Translations under genes and position numbers: made by a program
From: a virus
Direction: 5' to 3' (one strand)
DNA: 50,138 bases
IMG/VR virus record: IMGVR_UViG_3300029947_000009
Coordinates: 1-50,138 of that record
Notes under the pieces: generated by a model
Database searches by the model: none
What the model saw: only the letters and a program-made list of their open reading frames with translations
Told to the model about the DNA's origin: nothing
Shown: piece after piece, positions 27,425 through 34,446 of the stretch
Numbering within the stretch: the stretch's first letter is position 1
Layout: each line of letters starts with the position of its first letter

Positions 27425-27859
27425 GTGGGTAGAAAACGTAGGGTAAAGGTAGAGGTTACTCGAATTCGGGGCACTTACTACCTTTCTCAGGTAGGTGTAG
27501 AGGAAGACGAAATTAGGGCCTTAATCCTTAGGAGAAGGCTTCAGGTTTTAATTCATTCCTGTATCTATTACGTATTCAACGAAAATATAGTTTCTGATTC
27601 CACATGGAGTGGGTGGGCTAGGGAACTGGCCGAGCTTCAGAAAGAAAATCCATCTATAGCTTCCAGAGTAGATTATGCTTGGGAGTTTCAAGATTTTGAT
27701 GGGAGCACTGGGTTTCATCTACCTACTCGTAATCCCGAAATTATGGCAAAGGCCCAGTATCTTCTAAAATTATATAAGGAGGAAAAATATGGATACGTTG
27801 GACACCAAACTAATAGAGCAAAGCCTGGAAGTGATGTCATTAGAATCAAGATTCCATAG
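27425..27859 (+). CDS. Hypothetical protein
   Basis: 144 aa with a GTG start 6 nt after AGGAGG. The 3' end overlaps the next gene by 71 nt out of frame. Confidence 0.5.
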   Translation: MGRKRRVKVEVTRIRGTYYLSQVGVEEDEIRALILRRRLQVLIHSCIYYVFNENIVSDSTWSGWARELAELQKENPSIASRVDYAWEFQDFDGSTGFHLPTRNPEIMAKAQYLLKLYKEEKYGYVGHQTNRAKPGSDVIRIKIP

Positions 27860-28337
27860 ACTGAGGTGGCTTCGCTTCACGGGAACTTGTCTTAGGGAGT
27901 GTGCTCCCATGGACTTCTTTCTACAACCTGCCAGTATGTCGGGCAAGTGGCATCAGGGATACGAGTTAGGTGTGGGAGGACTGGTTCGTCATACTATAGC
28001 CGCTATGGATGTGGCTAGAACCCTATTTCCCACATATTCCTTTACTGAGGAGGAAGAGGATGCCATAGTCTCCGCTTTGGCCCTACATGATTTGGCTAAA
28101 CCCAGTAAGACCCATCCCCTTGAGGTAGAAGCTATTCTGGAGCCAATGAGAGACCAGTGGTATCTTGAAGTGGCAACTGTGGTATCTCTAATAGAGACTC
28201 ATCATGGTCAGTGGGACTACTATGGAAAGATGCCTCGTCCTAAAACTCCCAGCCAGCAGTTTGTTCATCTCTGTGACTACATATCCTCCCGCAAGAATAT
28301 TGCGGTGGATATATTTTATAAGGGGGAAACTAAATGA
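27789..28337 (+). CDS. HD-domain phosphohydrolase
   Basis: VRHTIAAMDVA ... ALALHDLAKP ... ETHHGQWDY (H...HD...H pattern), with an AAGGAGG RBS. Confidence 0.7.
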   Translation: MDTLDTKLIEQSLEVMSLESRFHRLRWLRFTGTCLRECAPMDFFLQPASMSGKWHQGYELGVGGLVRHTIAAMDVARTLFPTYSFTEEEEDAIVSALALHDLAKPSKTHPLEVEAILEPMRDQWYLEVATVVSLIETHHGQWDYYGKMPRPKTPSQQFVHLCDYISSRKNIAVDIFYKGETK

Positions 28338-28993
28338 AGGTTATTAAGTCCACAGTTGAGCCCCTGTTCTTTCCTGATCGGGAAACCCTGTATGGACTCA
28401 TCGAAACCGCAGGGAGAACCTGCTACCAGTCTGAAAAAGTAGAAGGGGATACCACTGAGAAATTCATCCAAAGACTTATGAAAAGAAAGCACTGGTCGGT
28501 ACTGGAGCATGCCAACCTTTCTATTCGCTTTACCTGTGATCGGGGTGTAACTCATGAGCTGGTTCGTCATCGAATTGCTTCCTACTCCCAGGAAAGCACT
28601 CGGTATTGTAATTATGCTGGGGATAAGTTTGGGGGGGGGGAGATCAAGTTCATTGATCTGGCCACCGGGTTCAATTATGACCTGAGTAACCCTGGGGACC
28701 TAGCCAAGTACGGGGTCTGGGCGAGAGCTATGGAGGATGCCGAGAAGTACTATATGGAGATGCTGAAGATTGGGGCTACCCCCCAGGAGGCTCGTTCGGT
28801 ACTTCCCAACAGTACCAAAACCGAGATTGTAGTAACTATGAATGTAAGGGAGTGGAGACACTTCTTGGAAATGAGGTGGGTCGGTGTAGCTGGCACTCCC
28901 CATCCCCAGATGGTAGAAGTGGCTGAAGAGGTTTATAACCTATTGAACTACTATTATCCCGCCCTCTTTGGGGATATCAAGAAGGCTAAATAA
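28334..28993 (+). CDS. thyX: Flavin-dependent thymidylate synthase ThyX
   Basis: Perfect ThyX motif RHRIASYSQESTR (RHRxxSxxxxSxR). Confidence 0.9.
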   Translation: MKVIKSTVEPLFFPDRETLYGLIETAGRTCYQSEKVEGDTTEKFIQRLMKRKHWSVLEHANLSIRFTCDRGVTHELVRHRIASYSQESTRYCNYAGDKFGGGEIKFIDLATGFNYDLSNPGDLAKYGVWARAMEDAEKYYMEMLKIGATPQEARSVLPNSTKTEIVVTMNVREWRHFLEMRWVGVAGTPHPQMVEVAEEVYNLLNYYYPALFGDIKKAK

Positions 28994-29011
28994 AGCTCAA
29001 GAATTTACACA

Positions 29012-29040
29012 TTTACAACTGCTTCTTTTTGTGATAGTAT
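29012..29040 (+). promoter_or_regulatory. Promoter (TTTACA-N17-TAGTAT with an upstream TG)
   Basis: gaatttacacaTTTACAactgcttctttttgTGaTAGTATataaacatcc. Confidence 0.5.
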
Positions 29041-29098
29041 ATAAACATCCCATAAGGGAACTGAAAAGGTCCCACAATAATATAAGGAGGAAATTATA

Positions 29099-29674
29099 AT
29101 GGCAAAGAACAAGAGACCCAAATTTCTGGAGGCTGATACCCCCGATCTGCTGAATCTGTTGAAGGAAACCCTGTCCGGTGATGAGGTTGACGATAAGGCT
29201 ACCTCCAAGGCCCTGAAGATCGCTGATGAGCTGATCTCTCGCCAGCCCGGCGATGAAGGCCCCATTTCTGTGGACGAAGCCCTGAGAGCTGCCGCTGATA
29301 CCATGACGGAGGCCCTGAACAAGATCAAGGGTGCCTACGAAAATGAGATCGCTATGATGGAGGATTCTGAAGGCTCCGATGAGTCTGAGGATGATGAGCC
29401 TGAGGAAGAGGCCCCCAAGTCCAAGAAGGCTGCCAAGGCTGAGAAGCCGACCAAGAAGTCCAAGAAGAAGGCTGAACCCGAGGAGGAAGAGGAAGATGAG
29501 GAAGAGGTGGAAGGAGATTCCGAAGAGGAAGATTCCGATGAGGATGAGGAAGACTACTCCGATTGGTCTATCAAGGACCTGAAGAAGGAGTGCCGCACCC
29601 GGGGAATCAAGGTAACCAAGGGAATGGCCAAGGCTGACCTGGTCAAAGCTCTGGAGGCAGATGATAAGGAGTAA
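29099..29674 (+). CDS. Highly acidic protein with a C-terminal HeH/SAP-like motif
   Basis: Long E/D/K runs and a C-terminus WSIKDLKKECRTRGIKVTKGMAKADLVKAL. Confidence 0.65.
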   Translation: MAKNKRPKFLEADTPDLLNLLKETLSGDEVDDKATSKALKIADELISRQPGDEGPISVDEALRAAADTMTEALNKIKGAYENEIAMMEDSEGSDESEDDEPEEEAPKSKKAAKAEKPTKKSKKKAEPEEEEEDEEEVEGDSEEEDSDEDEEDYSDWSIKDLKKECRTRGIKVTKGMAKADLVKALEADDKE

Positions 29675-29755
29675 GTCCACTCCTTTAGTCAAAGATACCA
29701 AGGGGGGGATGGGTATAAGTCCATCCTCCTTTTCTCTATTAAGGAGAAGTAATTC

Positions 29756-31720
29756 ATGAGAGAAGCAATCAAGTTTCTAAGCCGTATCTTCTCCCAACAG
29801 TGTGAACCTGGTGACTATATTATTCTGGCGGCTAGGGGGGAGAAATCCTGGAAGGATGTACCCATCAAGTTTGGGGGAGATTTTAAGGAGAAGCTTGGGG
29901 AATTTTTTGATACATACCCCCCACAGAATTATGACCTGTATTGGTCTCCTATGCCATTCAGTAAACCCAAGAGACAGAATCAATATTCGGTTGATACCAA
30001 GTTTATGGCTCAAGATATAGATGAGTGTGAGGACCCATCCATTCTAGACCCAAAGCCTAGTTATATTTGGGAAAGTTCCCCCAACAAGTATCAGGGATTA
30101 TGGGAACTAGACCGATATATAGACGAGCAGGAATACACTCCCCTCAATAAGGCCCTGGCTACTCATATAGGATGTGATGATTGTTTTGACTTCGCCCATG
30201 TCTATAGAATACCAGGAACCATAAACCACAAATACAAGAACTCCCCCCGAGTAGGACTTCCCAAGGCCACAAAGGCTGTCTATAAGCCTAAAAACCTACG
30301 TAAGTTTGTGGGGGGTGTAACTACTACCCCTACCTGGGAAAAAGCCCATAGCGAGCCTTCAGCGACTTCTAACAAGGGTACACTAGCTGAGCGGAAGATA
30401 TATGCCAAGTATTCTATTCCCAAGAAGATAAGAGATCTTTTAGCCCTGGAGTCTCTAGATGGGGTGGATAGGTCCGGGACTATCTGGTATGTAGAAAACT
30501 CCCTACATGAGTTGGGCATGACTCCTCAGGAAATTATCTACCTTATTAAAAATAGTGTATTTAATAAGTATAAGGGTAGAAGAGATGAAGACTCTAGAAT
30601 TCAAAAGGAATTGGAAAAGATTATTTCCGGGGAGATAGAGGACCCAAAGGAAGGAAATATAGGACTCATGAAAACCTCTAACTACGAAGAGGTTATGGGA
30701 AACTGTAATACCTTTGAGGGGTGGTTAGTAAAGGGGTTTTGGGGGAGAAGATCTCACGGAATAGTAGCCGGAATGCCCAAATGCTTCAAGTCTACTCTAG
30801 TCCATGATTTGGTAGTCTCAGTAGCCAGTGGTCAGCCATTTCTGGGGAAATTTCCAGTTCTGGAACCGGGTCCGGTGATAGTAGTTCAGAATGAGAATGC
30901 TGACTATATCATGAAGGACAGAACGGAAAAGATTATTCTAGACCGGGGATTAGTGGGGGAGGCTGAGAGGATAACCTCTAAAAAACTCCATGTAGAATTC
31001 CCCCCCGACCTACCTATAACTTTTCTCAACCAGCAGGGATTTACCCTCAGTAATGAGGACCACAGGAAGCAGATTGAATCCCTCATAAGGGATATAAAAC
31101 CGGTACTTGTGGTGTTTGACCCCCTCTATCTTATGTTTGATGGGGACTTAAATTCCTCCAAGGAACTCAACCCCATATTGAATTGGTTACTGAGTCTTAA
31201 AACCCAGTACAAAACTAGTGTTATGGTGATTCACCACTACAATAAAGGTAGTAATCAGCAGGCACTTCGTGGAGGAGCTAGAATGGCTGGCTCTGTAATG
31301 TTATATGGTTGGGTTGAGTCTGCCTGGTATCTTACCAAAACCGACGAGGATGAGGAGCTTCCCCCCAATCAGAGAGTAGATTTAGCTGAGTCCTCTGGAT
31401 CGTCCACCATAACTCTTACTAGAGAATTTCGAATGGCTGGTAGTTACCCGGATTTGGATATACACTTTGAGATGGGAGAAATAGGAAACCCCAGTTATAG
31501 GGTTACTGTGGGGGCTGCTGGAGAACCCCATGTTACTATTAAGACTCTGGAAGATGAAATTCTGGGAATACTTCGAAATTCCAATGTTCCTGTTACCAAG
31601 AGAGCTCTAAGGGAGAGTTTGGGGATGGATATAGGGGCTATTCGTAAGGCCCTTGAGAATCTGGTAAAATCCAAGAAAATAGTTTCTATGGACAAGGGTT
31701 ATACCATTCCCAAACGCTGA
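29756..31720 (+). CDS. Primase (RepB'/prim-pol-like N-domain) fused to a RecA-fold AAA_25-type helicase
   Basis: N-terminus has the acidic motif AQDIDECED and VYRIPGTINHKY. The centre has Walker A-like AGMPKCFKST and Walker B VLVVFDPLYLMF. Confidence 0.7.
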   Translation: MREAIKFLSRIFSQQCEPGDYIILAARGEKSWKDVPIKFGGDFKEKLGEFFDTYPPQNYDLYWSPMPFSKPKRQNQYSVDTKFMAQDIDECEDPSILDPKPSYIWESSPNKYQGLWELDRYIDEQEYTPLNKALATHIGCDDCFDFAHVYRIPGTINHKYKNSPRVGLPKATKAVYKPKNLRKFVGGVTTTPTWEKAHSEPSATSNKGTLAERKIYAKYSIPKKIRDLLALESLDGVDRSGTIWYVENSLHELGMTPQEIIYLIKNSVFNKYKGRRDEDSRIQKELEKIISGEIEDPKEGNIGLMKTSNYEEVMGNCNTFEGWLVKGFWGRRSHGIVAGMPKCFKSTLVHDLVVSVASGQPFLGKFPVLEPGPVIVVQNENADYIMKDRTEKIILDRGLVGEAERITSKKLHVEFPPDLPITFLNQQGFTLSNEDHRKQIESLIRDIKPVLVVFDPLYLMFDGDLNSSKELNPILNWLLSLKTQYKTSVMVIHHYNKGSNQQALRGGARMAGSVMLYGWVESAWYLTKTDEDEELPPNQRVDLAESSGSSTITLTREFRMAGSYPDLDIHFEMGEIGNPSYRVTVGAAGEPHVTIKTLEDEILGILRNSNVPVTKRALRESLGMDIGAIRKALENLVKSKKIVSMDKGYTIPKR

Positions 31721-31735
31721 AAGTCGTGATATAAT
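31707..31735 (+). promoter_or_regulatory. Extended -10 promoter (TGaTATAAT) for the nucleotide-metabolism/polymerase cassette
   Basis: gtcgTGaTATAATataaacatcc; it shares the downstream TATAAACATCC with the promoter at 29012. Confidence 0.45.
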
Positions 31736-31767
31736 ATAAACATCCTAAATACAAGGAGGAGTAAACA

Positions 31768-32304
31768 ATGTTAATCTTTACTGGAATGGACAACTCGGGA
31801 AAGACTACCCTGGCTGTTAAGGTCTCTCAAAAACTAGGCCTTCCCCTGGTTAAGTCCATGGGACCTAACCACACAAAGGATGAGAAGCACCTCTGGTTTT
31901 TGGACCAGATGACCCGGGAGACAGCTTTTCCAGATTCTGTCATTTTTGATCGATTCCTTCCCTTTGAGGAGATGGTATATGGGAAGGTTCTGAGGGGAGA
32001 CCCCATCTACTCTCTGGATGACCCCTACATGAGATCTTTGAAAGATCTCGATCCCACCATTATTTATACTCGACCCTCCTCTGAGGTTATCTTCAATTTT
32101 GGTGATCGGGAACAGATGGCCGGGGTAGTAGAAACCCGGGAGAAACTCCTGATTGCCTGGGATGACCTGATGTGGAAGCTGCTCAATTCCGGATGGAACG
32201 TCCAGATCTACGATTATACTATGGACTCGGATTTCGAAGAAAAATTCAAGTCCACCTCAGAAGTTCTGAAAGAGTTTTTCGAAAATCACAAGGAGGAAGA
32301 ATAA
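31768..32304 (+). CDS. P-loop (deoxy)nucleoside monophosphate kinase-like protein
   Basis: The N-terminal P-loop FTGMDNSGKTTLA resembles the dTMP-kinase GxDGxGKTT motif. Confidence 0.6.
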   Translation: MLIFTGMDNSGKTTLAVKVSQKLGLPLVKSMGPNHTKDEKHLWFLDQMTRETAFPDSVIFDRFLPFEEMVYGKVLRGDPIYSLDDPYMRSLKDLDPTIIYTRPSSEVIFNFGDREQMAGVVETREKLLIAWDDLMWKLLNSGWNVQIYDYTMDSDFEEKFKSTSEVLKEFFENHKEEE

Positions 32305-32957
32305 TGAATATCAACCATGCTGTGGAAGAAAAGGTCGAGGGTGACCTGCTGAAGGCCATCTTTGATCGGCAGAAATCCCTGATGAGAAAGTATCACGACA
32401 TCGAACTGAAGTCTGGATTGCTTCAGACTGGGGACTGCCCTGTGAACCTGGATGACAAGAGAGGTCAGGCCCGAATCAAGGATTTCTCCTGGAGAGTTAC
32501 CGAGGAGCTTGGAGAGGCTCTGGATGCCAAGACCAGTAAGGAACACTATCAGGAGGAGCTTATCGATGGTCTTCATTTCCTGACTGAGCTGACTATCCTG
32601 GCCGGCAAGGACTACGATACTATTCTTCCCCAGGGCATTCCTGTATACGATGAGGACCATCTGAAAGACCTGGTAGAGAATGCCAGAGATATCCTTCACT
32701 CCAATGACCGTTCCCTCAACTATTGGGTTTCTCACTTCATTGAGCAGCTGGCTATGATGTGCAACTGCCTGAAGAACAAGCCCTGGAAGCAGTCCATGAT
32801 GAAGACTGACCAGGAAGCTTTCTATCGCCGACTGATGGAAGTTTGGATTTGTTATATTACAATTCTGGTAACTTCTGGACTATCGGCTGAGGACATTGCC
32901 AGTGTGTACCTAAAGAAGTCCCAGGTTAATCAGTTCCGTCAACGTTCTAACTACTAA
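32304..32957 (+). CDS. All-alpha NTP pyrophosphatase (dimeric dUTPase / MazG-like family)
   Basis: Start at the ATG at 32304 (TAATG overlap, AAGGAGGAAG RBS). Contains RVTEELGEALDA...EELIDGLHFLTEL and a C-terminal YLKKSQVNQFRQRSNY, typical of dUTPase_2-type enzymes. Confidence 0.6.
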   Translation: MNINHAVEEKVEGDLLKAIFDRQKSLMRKYHDIELKSGLLQTGDCPVNLDDKRGQARIKDFSWRVTEELGEALDAKTSKEHYQEELIDGLHFLTELTILAGKDYDTILPQGIPVYDEDHLKDLVENARDILHSNDRSLNYWVSHFIEQLAMMCNCLKNKPWKQSMMKTDQEAFYRRLMEVWICYITILVTSGLSAEDIASVYLKKSQVNQFRQRSNY

Positions 32958-32967
32958 GGGGGGGAAT

Positions 32968-33711
32968 ATGCTTCACAAGCACTATAAAGACTTCAGTGAA
33001 GCTTACTTCGAACTCAATCGGGACATTCTTCTCCATCCAGAACAACTTGACTATTTGGAAAATACCAGGGGAGTCATAGAAGACCTTTTTATCACTATCG
33101 ACAATATAGCCTGTGACAAGGTGGACTTGGCTCCCCTGGGATACTCCCCCAAAAAATGGGACCATCTTGTAAAAACCTATATTGACCTGGATAAACTCAG
33201 GGAGTTTTATCATCTCTGTGAAATATCCAAGGGAATATCCATAGCCTTCGATTTTAATCGAAAAAAGGTTGGAAATGGGTCTTGTATGAGGGAGGTAATC
33301 CTTACTCGTAACAATAGAAAGAGGCCTTGGCAAAAAGTTAGAGTAGTCTGGAGGGCCACAGAGCTACAAAAAAGATGGGCGGCAGATTTAATTCTGCTTC
33401 ATCACCTTATTTCCAAAATTCCCCATAGTCAAATTACAGAGATTGAGTTTTATGTGGTAAGTGCCTATCAATCGGCGATGTACATTATACCCTTGGTGGA
33501 GTCGGTTTTTGGTATTCCTATGGAATCTCTAGACCCCACAAAGAGTCCCTACTGGAAGGTCATTCGGTATAGAAATCAGAAGTACTTCCAGCCAGACTCC
33601 CCCAGGCAAAAGCTTAGTCCTGCTTGGAGAATGCAGGATGTAGCCAATGCTGTTAGGGAGGGGAAGAAGTTCGAACCCATAACCTATAAAAATTTTGAAT
33701 TGGAGGTATAA
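32968..33711 (+). CDS. Divergent thymidylate-synthase-fold protein (paralogue A)
   Basis: NGSCMREVIL...VRVVWRATELQKRWAADLILLHHLISKI parallels the TS core PCH..QFYV...YQRSxDxxLGxPFNIASYALL. The Cys is kept; the RS.D motif is altered. Confidence 0.45.
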   Translation: MLHKHYKDFSEAYFELNRDILLHPEQLDYLENTRGVIEDLFITIDNIACDKVDLAPLGYSPKKWDHLVKTYIDLDKLREFYHLCEISKGISIAFDFNRKKVGNGSCMREVILTRNNRKRPWQKVRVVWRATELQKRWAADLILLHHLISKIPHSQITEIEFYVVSAYQSAMYIIPLVESVFGIPMESLDPTKSPYWKVIRYRNQKYFQPDSPRQKLSPAWRMQDVANAVREGKKFEPITYKNFELEV

Positions 33712-33714
33712 TTC

Positions 33715-34446
33715 ATGAGAATCTACATCAACGCAGAAGAGATGATCGAGGAGACAAAGAGGGATCTCGCTGAGATGGGTATTGTGGTAAGACCTGCAAC
33801 CATGCAGGACAAATACGTCAAGGGAGATCCCGACTATGAAACCCGGGAGCTTCAGAACTATTCCTACTGCCTGTTGGATGCCAAGAGTCAGGATATTCCG
33901 GGGGTATCCCAGCCCTGGGCGGATGCTGAGTTTGGGGAGAGAGTTACGGACCCCTGGTATCGTACTCCTGATGGAAAAGTTGATCCTCTCCACACTCCAG
34001 AATACCTCAACCCCGGAAGTGCCTGGAGACTACGTAAGGAGGTATGGACTGAGTACCTGCACGAGGGTAAGATGGCCTATACCTACAACGAGCTTATCTG
34101 GAATAATGACCAGGCAGTTAAGGTCATCAATCGCCTGAAGGAGGACCCCGACTCCCGTCAGCTGTGGATTAGTCTTTGGAATCCTGATAAGGACCCGGAC
34201 TTTCTAGGGGGTATTTCCCGAGTTCCCTGTTCCCTGGGGTATGGCCTCCAGGTTCGTGATGGGAAGCTCAATCTGCACTATGTAATGAGGTCCTGTGACT
34301 TCGCTACCCATTTCCGAAACGATGTCTACCTGGCCATTCGGTTCTTGGAGTGGGTAGCTGAGAAAACCGGCTATCCTGTGGGAAGCTTTACCCACACTAT
34401 CTTCTCCCTGCATGTGTACAACAAGGACGTGGAAGGAGTATTCTAA
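33715..34446 (+). CDS. Thymidylate synthase-fold enzyme (dNMP C5-methylase/hydroxymethylase-like, paralogue B)
   Basis: SRQLWISLWNP, VPCSLGYGLQVRDGKLNLHYVMRSCDFATHFRNDVYLA and FTHTIFSLHVY align with ThyA SRR..vs.WNP, PPCH..fQFYV.dGkLs..lyQRSCDvFLG.PFNIASY and H..GD.HiY. Confidence 0.8.
   Translation: MRIYINAEEMIEETKRDLAEMGIVVRPATMQDKYVKGDPDYETRELQNYSYCLLDAKSQDIPGVSQPWADAEFGERVTDPWYRTPDGKVDPLHTPEYLNPGSAWRLRKEVWTEYLHEGKMAYTYNELIWNNDQAVKVINRLKEDPDSRQLWISLWNPDKDPDFLGGISRVPCSLGYGLQVRDGKLNLHYVMRSCDFATHFRNDVYLAIRFLEWVAEKTGYPVGSFTHTIFSLHVYNKDVEGVF

Noticed and set aside
27425-27859. Resemblance of RRRLQVLIHSCIYYVFNENIVSDSTWSGWARELAELQKENP to the N-terminal Ia domain of NAD-dependent DNA ligase
   Set aside because: The protein is only 144 aa and lacks the KxDG adenylation motif and all downstream ligase domains. 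The similarity is a short helix pattern only.
28997-29701. 234-aa minus-strand ORF (Leu/Gly/Ile-rich) and 29005..29328(-)
   Set aside because: They are antisense shadows of the GAA/GAG/AAG-rich acidic protein gene 29099..29674.
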